Assembly: GCA_038087875.1 (NCBI GenBank)
Contig: JAXLNO010000709.1
Coordinates: forward strand, 62,001 to 126,000
Reading direction: 5' to 3'
DNA: 64,000 nt
Source of the DNA: Malacoraja senta
Taxonomy: Eukaryota
The translations under genes and the position numbers were made by a program. Below, piece by piece: positions 37,020 through 48,391 of this stretch. Position 1 is the first letter of the stretch, and every line of letters starts with the position of its first letter. The notes beneath the pieces are model-generated. The model worked only from the letters and a program-made list of their open reading frames with translations, was not told the origin of the DNA and searched no databases.

Positions 37020-37905
37020 GCGCTGCATTGGCAAAGCCAGCAGCATAATCAAGGACCCTCTTCTCCCCTCACCCATCAGGCAAAAGGTATAGAAGTGTGA
37101 AAACGCACACCACCAGATTCGGGGACAGTTTCTTCCCAGCTGTTATCAGGCAACTGAATCATTCTACCACAACCATGAGAACAGTCCTGAACTACCATCT
37201 ACCTCTTTGATGACCCTCGGACTATCCTTGATCGGACTTTGCTGGCTTTATCTTGCACTAAACGTTATTCCCTTATCATGTACCTAAACACTGGAAATGG
37301 ATCAGGCATGTGCTGTCAGGGTAGGCAAGGTAGGCAGCGTGCCTACCCTGACTAAAATTATAAAAAGGTAATTATTAAATATAAATAGTAAAGATTTCCA
37401 ATTCATTTACTAAATTTAGTATTTATTATAAAATGGTTATTATTTAAATAATCGATCTTAGGTAGGCATAAATCTCCCGTGCCTTTCATCTGCAGTACGC
37501 GTAATACCTGTAATTATGTTCAACTCGCGTACTGTGGATGCTGCTTCAAGCCTTCACTTACCTCGGGCAATAAAGGCAGCTGAAATTCTGCCTTTGCACT
37601 GGACTGCGTGCAAGGTGCTGCGCATGCCTACAGGAGAGGAGACCAATCTTCGCATGCGCGTTTTAAAAATGATTTTAAAAAGTCAACTGACTGCCTACAG
37701 GACCGATCTGCGCATGTGCGGTTTTACGATTTTCTGCGCATGTGCGTTTTTTAAACGATTTTTAAAGGTCGACTGACTGCCCAGTGCCTATCCTGAGTAA
37801 TTACTCAAGGCATGTGCCTGAAATGGATTAATTGTGATCATGTATTGTCTTTCTGCTGACTGGTTTGCACGCAACAAAAGTTTTTCACTATACCACGATA
37901 CATGT
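37020..37905 (+). mobile_element. Rex1/Babar LINE 3' end interrupted by a hAT MITE
   Basis: KASSIIKDP...PSGKRYRSVKTHTTRFGDSFFPAVIRQLN remnant. The UTR resumes after 37820. Confidence 0.8.
37303..37820. mobile_element. hAT-type MITE
   Basis: Termini caggcatgtgc / gcatgtgcctg. Perfect 8-bp TSD aaatggat at 37295-37302 and 37821-37828. Confidence 0.88.
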
Positions 37906-37954
37906 AACCAGTCAGCAGAAAGACATTACATGATTACAATCAATCCATTTACAT

Positions 37955-38891
37955 CTAAACTTTAGAGATACAGCTCGGCCCCTTTGGCCCACCGAGTCCA
38001 CACCGACCAGCGATCCCCGTACACTTACACTATCCTTCACGTACTAGGGACAATTTAATTTACACCAACAGGGCTCAAAATTAGCGGTTGCCCGGGTGCC
38101 ATTGACCACTCAAAGTGCCGCCGGGCAACCTAAACACCGAGTCATTTTGCCCGGCTTGGCAATCAAATACTGGTTTATACCGATATACACAAAAAACTGG
38201 AGTAACTCCGCGGGTCAGGCAGCATCTCTGGAGAATAGGAACGTGACGTTTCGTGTCGGCGGCAGCGGCTGTATTCCTCTAGTATCTTTGATTGCGGGGC
38301 AAAGATACTAGGTGCAGGGTGACGAAGGGTCGGAGCAAATGATGGGCCCCGAACAGCGGCAGCAGCGGCTCCCCCGCCTCCTCCTCCCGCACCCCGCCCG
38401 GTGGAAGGAGGCCTCCCTCTCTCTTCTCCCTCTCCCTCCCTCCCTCCTCCCGGCCTCGGCGTGCGAGAGGGATTGTTTTGAAAGCGCCGTTAGTGGATTT
38501 GCAGGCAGCGGCCGCTATCGCCCTGATCATTGAGCATAATTCCGACTGGTAACTACGCACTTCGTCCGAGCACATTATCGCATGCGTCATGCAAACCTTT
38601 TTAAATGACCACCTAAACTGTCATTTGGCAACCTAAAAAGCTGTCAAGATTGCCCGGCTGGCAACAGGGAAAAAAAGTTAAGCGAGAGCCCTGACCAAGC
38701 CAATTAACCTACAAAACTGAACGTCTTTGGAGTGTGGGAGGACACAGAAGATCTCAGAGGAAACCCACGGAGTCCCGGGGAGAACTTACAAACTCTGTAC
38801 AGATAGCACCTGTAGTTGGGATTGAACCCGGGTCTCTGGTGCTGTAAGCACTGTAAGGCAGCAACTCTACCGCGGTGCCACTCTGCCGTCC
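37955..38891 (-). mobile_element. HE1-type SINE interrupted by a hAT MITE
   Basis: SINE tail at 37955-38068 and central domain plus head at 38694-38891 on the minus strand. Confidence 0.8.
38069..38693. mobile_element. hAT-type MITE
   Basis: Termini cagggctc / gagccctg and subterminal ttgcccgg / ggcaacctaaa repeats. Only 5 bp (accaa) of a target duplication is visible. Confidence 0.7.
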
Positions 38892-39639
38892 GCGAGGTAA
38901 TATGCACAGAGTGTGCATTATTTCCTTCATGCAGATTCTCTCTATTGCATTTGTTCCATATTTGAGTGAGTTGTTACAGCTGCTTGTCTGTAAAATTAAA
39001 CACTCAATTACATGCCTTGGATAGTAAGCCTTGAACAGCACACTATTCTATTAGAGTAAAAATTCTACCCAGATGTTATCAGCTGTGTCCTTGATGTCTA
39101 AGATAAAAGAGAAATCTACACAAAAAATGTGCAGATTTTTCATACACAAAATCATTCAACGAGGGAATAGAGAAATGACATGATGTAATCTTGGGAAAGT
39201 AGCAGTCAGCTAAATTTCTTTAGTTAGATTGCTCCACCTCTGGAAGATTAGCCTTTGAATATCCCTTTGGACTGCTGAGTGGAGAAGAGTAAGGTGATTT
39301 TCAGTTGACTTGAAGCCTGGAGCACTTTTTCCAAATCCTTGCGATGAATGTGCATGAGTTCGTGTTTTTCCAAAATACTGTGGTTACTTTCAAGGATCGA
39401 TTATGTAAAGTGGAATACATTATGTCAAGTGACAGTGGTCCACGTGTCAATACAATACCGCTGTAATCCTGATGGAAAGCGATCGTGTTTACCCAGCTAC
39501 ACCTTTGGTTTCAATCGTAGCTTGCAATTGAAGGCTCTTACAATGTTAATGTGGGTTAGTGCTTGTTTATTGTTAGTACAACTACTAGGAAAGTGGTCAG
39601 CAGTTTTGAAGATAATCGCCAAAGTCGACTCGTTAGTGT

Positions 39640-39870
39640 CATAAGTTATTGGAGTAGAATTAGGCCATTCGGCCTTTCGAGTCTGCTCTGCCATTCAATC
39701 ATGGCTGATCTCTGCCTCCTAGTCCCATTTTCCTGCCTTCTCCCCATGACCCTTGATACCCATTCCAATCAAGAATTTGTCTATCTCTGCCTTAAAAATA
39801 TCCACTGACTTGGCCTCCACAACCTACTGTGGCAATGAGTTCCACAGACTAATTACCCTCTGACTAAAGA
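39640..39870 (-). mobile_element. CR1 LINE 3' end
   Basis: gtagaattaggccattcggcc...ccactgacttggcctccac, same 3' UTR family as the other CR1 copies. Confidence 0.8.
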
Positions 39871-39874
39871 CAGA

Positions 39875-40035
39875 GACAGGAGGAAGGCTGCAGTCCTAAA
39901 TCCTCCCACAGCAGTCTTCATGCGCCCCCACTGTTCCCGCTTGCGTGGCTGGCGCATCGGACCCGTGAGCCACACTCAATCCCACAAGTCATGAGACTGC
40001 ACACCATGCTATCGTCATCTACCACGGGCCACCAC
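39875..40035 (+). mobile_element. RTE-like LINE extreme 3' remnant
   Basis: Degenerate C-terminal CxxC...RIG.xSH motif (cccccactgttcccgcttgcgtggctggcgcatcggacccgtgagccac). Confidence 0.4.
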
Positions 40036-40631
40036 CATTGTTAGTAATGACTCCTATGAACTATCTACTGACTGTACCTCACTCTCAGCCCCCTACTATT
40101 CAGGATTGTTCATTATAGTAAGAAAGGTTCATAAATCATATCAAACATAACCTAAAGAGTCAATGGTCACTTAGCAAAAATTGGTAAATTGAATGTTTAT
40201 AAATTGGGGGAGTACCTGTACTCGCTTCCCACTTAGACTCGTGTGAACAACAGATCTGGAAATATTACATTTGGTTCCCTCAATCAATTATTGTCTATGG
40301 TTTATAATTATCCTGTCTCTGTCTGTAAACATGGTGCATAAATAATAGAGTGCACTTTGCCATCAAGAATGAGGTGGTGTTTGGTCTCTTGATAAGTATT
40401 ATGATGGATAAATCCCCAGAACTTGCTGGGATCTATCCCAAGTTACTGAGAGAGACAAGAGTGGAGATTGCAGGCGCCTTGTTGAAGATCTCTGAATTTT
40501 CTTTGTACCTGCCAATGCTCTTCAAGTTACTTAACAGAAGTGACCACTATGTAGTGACCAGTGAGTATTTAAGCAGTCAGTTTATCATTGGCAGAAGGTC
40601 ATTCATGTATTACGTAGATGGTTGGTCAAAG

Positions 40632-41003
40632 AAACATAGAAACATAGAAAATAGGTGCAGGAGTAGGCCATTCGGCCCTTCGAGCCTGCACCGCCATTCA
40701 ATATGATCATGGCTGATCATCCAACTCAGTATCCTGTACCTGCTTTCTCTCCATCCCTTTAGCCACAAGGGCCACATCTAACTCCCTCTTAAATATAGCC
40801 AATGAACTGGCCTCAACTACCTTCTGTGGCAGAGAATTCCAGAGATGCACCACTCTCTGTGTGAAAAATGTTTTCCTCATCTCGGTCCTAAAAGATTTCC
40901 CCCTTATCCTTAAACTGTGACCCCTTGTTCTGGACTTCCCCAACATCGGGAACAATCTTCCTGCATCTAGCCTGTCCAACCCCTTAAGAATTTTGTACGT
41001 TTC
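40632..41003 (-). mobile_element. CR1 LINE 3' end
   Basis: ORF 40707-40979 is near-identical to the end of the 49360-49995 copy. Confidence 0.9.
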
Positions 41004-42604
41004 TTATGGGACAGAAGCTTTTGCTTTTGCAGTCATGTTATGGGCTGGAATAATTCACCTCTGGCAATCATGACCATCTTTCTTTATAGTCTGATTTGTT
41101 TTTACTGAGGCTGCATAACGTTAAATTTGGTCAGAAGTTCCCATAAGGGCAAGCCATTCGCTCTCACACAATTTCACTTCTGGAATTTAACTAATTGTTT
41201 CATGTTTGGATCAATGTCTGACATAATACCTGGAATTGTGTGGTCCAGACTGAATCTAAACTGAGCGTTGTTGAGCAGGTTATTGACAGATGCTCTCCTC
41301 CCATCCCCTCCACGGATACTGCCCGACCTGTTGAGTTCCTCCATCACTGTATTTTTTTGCTCAATATATCATCCTCTGCAGTTTTATGCATCTTTATTGA
41401 CAGATGCTACTTGATATCTTCCAAAACTTGACTGATTTGATGTCAGTATTGTTGTTTGGCTGGAGGCATAACTAGTTCTAAAGACCAGTTCTAAAGTTCC
41501 ATTGCCTCAGCTATTAACGGCGTGTTCAACCATTTCTTGATGAGGCGTAGCAAAATAAAATGACTGAAGTGTAAGTTTGTGTGACACTGGGGTCCTTAAT
41601 GAGAGACCATCTGGATTGCATTTACTTAAGCCTCCTCGAAGTACTGCTTGTTCTCCCATACATGGGGATTGGGTTTCATAGATACACCTCTCATCAGTTC
41701 TTAACTGTTCACCACCATTCATAATTGGATTGCAGAGCTTTGATCTGTAAGACATGGAGCTACTTAGCTATGTTTATTTCATGCTGTTTCTGATGTTTAG
41801 CAAGAACAAAGTCCTGTGTTATGGCTTCATCAAAGTTGGTATCTCATTTTAGTTGTGACTGGTTCTGCACTGATATAAGGTAATGTTGGATTGAGAGATG
41901 CACACCTTCCCCAGCCAACAATGGGCCATTATGGGCTCCATCATTCCTGATGTAATCTTTTGCCCGCCCTGATTTTTTTGTGGCCTTTTTCTCGTCTCTA
42001 ATCCCCCCCACCTCTACTTTCAGCCTGAAGAAGTGTACCGAGACCCGAGAAGTCACCTATTATTTTTCTCCAGAGATGCTGCCTCACCCGTTGGCTTACT
42101 CCAGCATTGTGTGTCTATCTTTGCGAGATTATGAAACTGATTGGACTGGTCCCCTAGTACCTCCTGGGTGCTAGATTTTGAATTCTAGATCTTTTCTGAT
42201 TCTTTCACATTTAGCAATGAGTCATTATGAAACTGGAATTTCATCTCTATGACAAATATTCTGTGGTCAGTACTTAATCATGGACTGATTTATCAGCAAC
42301 AGGTAGATTAGTGAGGATAAAGCAGTTTCCTACACTCTGTCCCTCTCCACCTGGTTAGGTTTAGTCTACATCTTCATGACTTGGCGAGCAATGATGCTAC
42401 TGTTCCGCTCTTTCTGATAGACATCGAAGCTTCCACCTCGAGTATCCTTGCTGTCCCCCTAAGCTTGTACTGTGTAGCATTCAACGTGTCCAAGCACTGA
42501 TTCATTAGCCCAAGAAGAGTAGTCAGTTGTAATTGGCAAAATGTCACCTTTTATATCTTTGACGTGATGTCTTGCGGTATCGTAGAACAAACGTAAAACA
42601 TAGT

Positions 42605-43038
42605 TAAGAGTGTTTTATTATCATATGTCCCAGATAGGACAATGAAAATCCCGCTTGCTGCAGCACAACAGAATATGTAAACATAGTACATAACGGGAGA
42701 AAAAAAGTTCAGTGTGTATATATACATACACATGCACACATACTCAATAAATAAACAAATATAGTCCATAAATAATAATAGTGGTCTGTTGTAGTTCAGA
42801 GCTTAATTGTTGTCGTGTTTAATAGCCTGATGGCTGTAGGGAAGAAGCTGTTCCTGAACCTGGACGTTACAGTTTTCAGGCTCCTGTACCTTCTTCCTGA
42901 TGGCAACGGTGAGATGAGTGTGTGGCCAGGATGATGTTGGTCTTTGATGATGTTGGCAGCCTTTTTGAGGCAGCGACTTCGATAGATCCCTTCGATGGTG
43001 GGGAGGTCAGAGCCGGCGAGGAACTGGGCAGTGGTCAC
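42605..43038 (-). mobile_element. Rex1/Babar LINE 3' end
   Basis: ORF 42796-43038 (LPSGRRYRSLKTVTSRFRNSFFPTAIRLLN) plus a Rex1 tail. Confidence 0.88.
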
Positions 43039-43059
43039 AAATTTTTATTTGGTCACAAC

Positions 43060-44020
43060 ATAGAAAAGCACAGCAGAAGAACAATGTATTTGCCAAATAT
43101 GATGCTCAGACCAACCTACAGACCTTATTTACCTGCACATATCCCTCCATTCCCTGCATATCCATATGCCTATCCAAAAGCCTTTTAAATGCCACTATCG
43201 TATCTGCCTCAATCAGGCACTCACCACACTCTGTGTAAAAACAAACTTGCCTCGTGCATCTCCTATAAATTGTGCCCCTCTCACCTTAGCATTGCCGTTG
43301 GGTATTTGTTTTTTCCATCCTGGGAAAAAAGTTCTGACTATCTATGCCTTTCATAATCTTGTATATTTCTATCAGGTCTCTCTAAAATCTCCTGATTTCC
43401 AGAGAAAACAATCCAGGTCTGTCCAATATCCTCCTGTAGCTATTATCCCTAACCCTAGCATCATTCCAGTAAACCTCCTCTGCACCCTTTCCGAAGCCTC
43501 CACATCCTTCCTGTAATGGGGCAACGAGGACTGAATGCAATACTCTAAATGCAGTGTAACCAGAATTCGATAAAGCTGCTTCATTACTTCCTGATTCTTA
43601 TACCCAATGCCTGACCTATGAAAGCAAGCACACCATATGCCCTCTTTATCACACTATCTACTTGTGTTGCCACTTTCAGAGAGCTATGCACTTGGATCCC
43701 AAGATCCCTCTGTACTGTCAATGCTGTTTAGCGTCATGCCGTTAATTGTATATTTTCACTTTACATTTAACCTCAGAGTACAACACATCACACATGCTCA
43801 GATTAAACTCCATCTGCCATTTCTCTGCCCTTTTCTACAGCTGATCTATTTCCCACTGTATACTTGGACATCTTTTCTCAGCAATCTTGGTGTCATCTGC
43901 AAACCTACGAAGCAACCCGTCTACGCTTATTTATTCATTTAGCCATTTAAATAAAATCTCAAACAGCAGAGGTTCCAGTACAGATCCCCGTGGAACTTCA
44001 CTGGTCATAGACCTCCAGCC
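43060..44020 (-). mobile_element. Old CR1 LINE fragment
   Basis: ORF 43372-43584 LYRILVTLHLEYC...VQRRFTGM, and the FADDTK remnant (rc tttgcagatgacaccaag at about 43885-43903). Confidence 0.8.
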
Positions 44021-44158
44021 TGAATGAATCATGTTTGAAATTACCGTGAAGGCTGTCCAGGCTGGTTGCCTTTGACCACTTCACTGTATGCATCATCAGT
44101 CCCATCAGTCCCATCAGCTTTGGTTGGCTTAAACTTTGGTGGGGAAAAACAAACCTAT

Positions 44159-44260
44159 GGATGGGTCTGAAGAAAGGTCTCGACCAGAAACGTCACCCAT
44201 TCCTTCTCTCCAGAGATGCTGCCTGCCCCGCTGAGTTACTCCAGCATTTTATGTCTACCG
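44159..44260 (+). repeat. Penelope pseudo-LTR repeat with hammerhead-like core
   Basis: atgggt-ctgaaga-aaggtctcgacca-gaaac-gtc-acccat. Confidence 0.75.
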
Positions 44261-45265
44261 GATGGTGTTGGATCAGCTACTTGCACGCAGAGTTTACATT
44301 GTTCCTTATCTCTCTCAAGGGTTTGATTAGCATTGCATTGACATTTATCACATCATTAGCGTCGTACACATTCTATTAATTTTCGGTCTTAATTAACATT
44401 CTGTGGCAAAATTAATGAGGCAAACAATGTGGGAAATTGTCTAACATAAACTAATGAGAGGGTGGCCATAAGCACATTATGTAATCGACCAGCAAGACCT
44501 CATGTAAATTAATCACCATTTCCAGAGTTTACCAGTTTGTAGATATGACTTTTAATCTGCTGAGCATCCGGGTCAATTTGTGCATTAATAATCGTCCCTT
44601 TTGAAAGGGAATTATATTTTCAGGAAATATAATTAGTCACCATTGCCATGCAAGGCTTAGCATATAACTTATTAAATGTATGAAGAATGGTAATAGTTTG
44701 GAGTAGGTTATGAAAGGGTGAAATTCTTGACAGCCCGTTTTACATGATGTCAGTGAGGTGAGGAAAGGACAATATTGTATGAAATTCCTAAGCCTAAATT
44801 CCTAATCAACAACAAAATTATTGGTCTCTTGTTTATAAAGAAATACCCACCCGCAATCTTAATATGGACTTAACCCTGTCTTTTCAAGACACTGCATGTT
44901 GTGAAATGCAGGGAAACAAGATTTTATGGCAGGGCCTGTAGCAGTGCATGGAAGGATGGTTCCCCCATTATTGAGTGAAAGGTAGCAGTTTTTTTCGCTC
45001 AACGTTATACTTTTTTTGATAATCTATCGGTTTTCAATGTGCCATGCTGGAATTATTCAGAAGTTGGAAGTAATCTAAATTGTAAAGAAAAATATAACAT
45101 AACAGAGGATTGATTGAAAGTAGACATTTAAGTACTTACAAATCAATAAAATTGTTAAACTAAAGTTAAATAATTAAAGAAACACCTGATTTTTCAGGCT
45201 GAGAAGCTCCGTTACAATGGAGTAGGGTCTCCCTTCTTACAGCGGTTCTGACTAGCACTGGATTC

Positions 45266-45677
45266 ATAAGTTCTCGGAGTAGAATTAGACCATTTGGCCC
45301 ATCAAGTCTACTCCACCATTCAATCATGGCTGATCTTGCTTTCCCTCTGAATCCCATTTTCCTGCCTTCTCCCCATAACCCCTGACATCCGTACTAATCA
45401 GGAATCTGTCAATCTTCGCCTTAAAAATATCAATTGACTTGGTCTCCACAGCCGTATGTGGCAATGAATTCCGCGGATTCACCACCCTCTGACTAAAGAA
45501 ATTCCTCCTCATCTCCTTTCTGAAAGTACTTCCTTTTATTCTGAGCCTTTTGGTCCCATAGTCTCCCACTAGTGGAAACATCCTCTCCGCATCCACTCTA
45601 TCCACGTCTTTCACTATTCGGTAAATTTCTTTGAGGTCCCCCCTCATCCATCTAAACTCCAGCGAGTACAAGCCCAG
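45266..45677 (-). mobile_element. CR1 LINE 3' end
   Basis: ORF 45324-45671 YSLEFRWMRGDL...FFSQRVVN...GYGEKAG. Confidence 0.88.
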
Positions 45678-45860
45678 GATTAGTGAGGCAAATTTCCCAA
45701 GTTAATGGTGTGGACTGAACATTGGCTGCTGCTCATCGGTAGGTCTTGGACCGACACTGGCCGTGGGTAACCTATCCAGAACAGATCTTCGGAGAAGGTT
45801 TGAGTCAAATGACCACAGGACTGCAAGACGGCAGTCTGGCATCAGTTCGACGAGGGCGTC

Positions 45861-46262
45861 GCCCACAAAAGGAAGATGACCAAGTACGAAGAGCTGGTCG
45901 TAGACTGCTGTAAGCAGGGCTGGAAGGCAAGGTGTATGCCCATCGAGGTTGGCTGCAGAGAATTTGTGGGGCAATTGCTCTACAAAGCCTTGAGTGTACT
46001 GGGCATCAACGGAATGGAGAGGAGAAGAGCCATCAAGAACACCACAGAGGCAGCGGAGAAAGCCTCGAGATGGCTCTGGATCAGGAGAGGAGGTCCATGG
46101 GGAGGAGCGAATGCCACCTGAACACAAGTCGTGGTCTGATCAACCACGGCTGGGTCGCCTGGGTGAGGGTGTCTGATGTTGAAAGACCCGAAACACCCAA
46201 TGACCCCCAGGTTACATCACTGATGATGTGTTCAGGAGCATCAATAGGTGTATTTTTATCAA
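45861..46262 (+). mobile_element. HERO-clade (restriction-like endonuclease) non-LTR retrotransposon 3' end
   Basis: AHKRKMTKYEELVVDCCKQGWKARCMPIEVGCREF...AAEKASRWLWIRR matches the RLE C-terminus typical of HERO elements (RKxxKY, PIEVGCRG, ASRWLW). It is followed by a structured 3' UTR. Recognised from memory of the family. Confidence 0.8.
46158..46235 (+). ncRNA. Candidate non-circularly permuted hammerhead ribozyme in the HERO 3' UTR
   Basis: GGGUGUC(46167-73) pairs with GAAACACCC(46190-98). UGAUGU(46174-79) pairs with ACAUCA(46214-19), which immediately precedes CUGAUGA(46220-26). Helix II is weak. Confidence 0.55.
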
Positions 46263-46442
46263 TTGAATGGGAACAGCTTAATACTAGCTGTTCTTTTCAG
46301 ATTCCTTAACCATATTCAGTGTAGTTTGTCTCATTATCATCTAAGTATTTACAAATCTGATCATTTTGTTGTAGCGCTATTCATTGGAGAATTTTTCAGT
46401 TTTCTATGCAAAACTAAAATGGATGTGTTTATCATTGTACCA

Positions 46443-46672
46443 GGTACACAAAAATGCTGGAGAAACTCAGCGGGTGCAGCAGCATCTATGGAGCGAAGGA
46501 GATCGGCAACGTTTCGGGCCAAAACCCTTCTTCAGACTGCCGATCAGTCTGAAGAAGGGTTTCGGCCCAAATCTTTGCCTATCTCCTTCGCTCCATAGAT
46601 GCTGCTGCACCCGCTGAGTTTCTCCAGCATTTTTGCGTACCTTCGATTTTCCAGCATCTGCAGTTCCTTCTT
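46443..46672. repeat. Long palindrome: inverted dyad of Penelope pseudo-LTR repeats
   Basis: Arms of about 95 bp (46443-46540 and 46545-46642) are reverse complements with few mismatches around the spacer ccgat. Confidence 0.9.
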
Positions 46673-48163
46673 AAATATCATTGTACCAGTTTGTATTTTT
46701 AAAAAAACTTTTTTTACGCATAACTTTTTGTAATATTGTTTTTCAATTTAATTTATTGTTAACAGAATTATTTTGGGAAAGAATTTGTAACCATCTTCAA
46801 TATCAAATTCTACCAAGGGTGTTACTTTGTGCTTGGAAAGGGAGGAATAGAAGCAATTCTCCTCAACGACCGTTATAAGATATGTAATGCAGAGATATTG
46901 GGTTCTATTTGTATCTCTCTCTCATTTAAAAATAAAATAATTTACTTCATCTTGGTGTGCACACTTATTTAGCCCACTTAGTATCACATTTATTTCTAAT
47001 TATTAGGAAAAGCAGTAAAAATGTCACTGGATTTGACTGTGATCCATTTATTGAAACCAAGTCAGTCAGTTTGAGTGTTGTTTGGAAGACCTGCCAAGTG
47101 CTTGATTGTATCTATGGTTTTTATTTATGTCAACGGGTTATTTAACATTTTATAACTTGCTTATTTATTACCAATGGTATATTGTATGCAGTTTTGTCAA
47201 CCTTTTCAATGTTGCATTTAAGCCAGAAATGCAATATGTAGTTATGAGAATTAAATATCAAATTATGAGGCAAGATTGAAATATTTTTCTCATTAGAAAT
47301 ACAAGGATTGATAACATTATTTTAAATTCTGAAATTACGTGGATGTAAATAAGTTATTTAAATTGAGCTAAGATTGCAGGCCACTACGAAGTTTGAAAGT
47401 CTAAAATAGGCTGAAAGATATGTGGATTAGCTTCCTTTCAGAATTAGTAAAGTCTTATGGTGGTTAATCCCTTCAAAGCAAACCAGAAAAATACCTGGTT
47501 TAAAAAAGGATTAAAGATTGCATGATTTAGTCCAGACTTTAGGTGATACTAGTTCTAATCATGTTGATACCATGTTTATGCTCTCCACGAATCCATGATC
47601 ATAGTTCAAAGTTTATCCATTAGATAGAGATCAGAGAGTATTTATGTAAATACTTCTAGGGTCTGAGAGAAATTCTACAATTTTATCTTCGAAACTTGAC
47701 CAGTTGACAAGGAAGTTGTAAATTTATCACATGCAAAGATAGCAGACATTTTTTTGATGTTTAGGATAATTGACATTTGGCAATTTTGCAAAATCACGGT
47801 GTACGCGGAAACTAAAGTAATTGTTTTGTGCACTGTGTTGCTGTTCTATCTATTTGGTTCTTATTGGCTTTTTGCTAATATTTGTATCCCTCATAAAATC
47901 CCAGTTGCAATAGATAAAAAGCCATCCTACCTGTGAGAAAATCTACTTGAGCAAAAATGGAAAGGTTTAAGTGAATGAAGAGAGAGGTAAAATCGTTAAG
48001 GCTACAAGACAGTCAAGATAATGCAGCTTTAAGCAACGTTGTCTGTGAAGTTACTGTCAGTGAAGGATTCTTTGAAAGCTCCTTGAGGCATGAACCTCTG
48101 ACAATTTTAACACTGCTTATTACAGTACCTCTGCTGACTTACAAAATGCTCTGCTGATAGTAA

Positions 48164-48329
48164 AGGGCCTGTCCCACTTGGGCGACCTAATCCGCGAGTC
48201 CAGAAGAGTGCCTTCGACCTTCAAGCTCGAGGGCACTCGCCTGGAAAGCCTCGAGCTGGATCGACCGGCCGCGTTGAAACCGCGAGCTGGATGGACCGAA
48301 CCGCGAGCTGCATCTACCGACCGCTCGCA

Positions 48330-48391
<62 letters not shown>

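Noticed and set aside
45702..45860. Sequence upstream of the HERO fragment with a small hairpin (gactgcaagacggcagtc), possibly an inverted part of the same element
   Set aside because: I could not match it to any HERO protein motif or ribozyme consensus by eye, so it is left unassigned.
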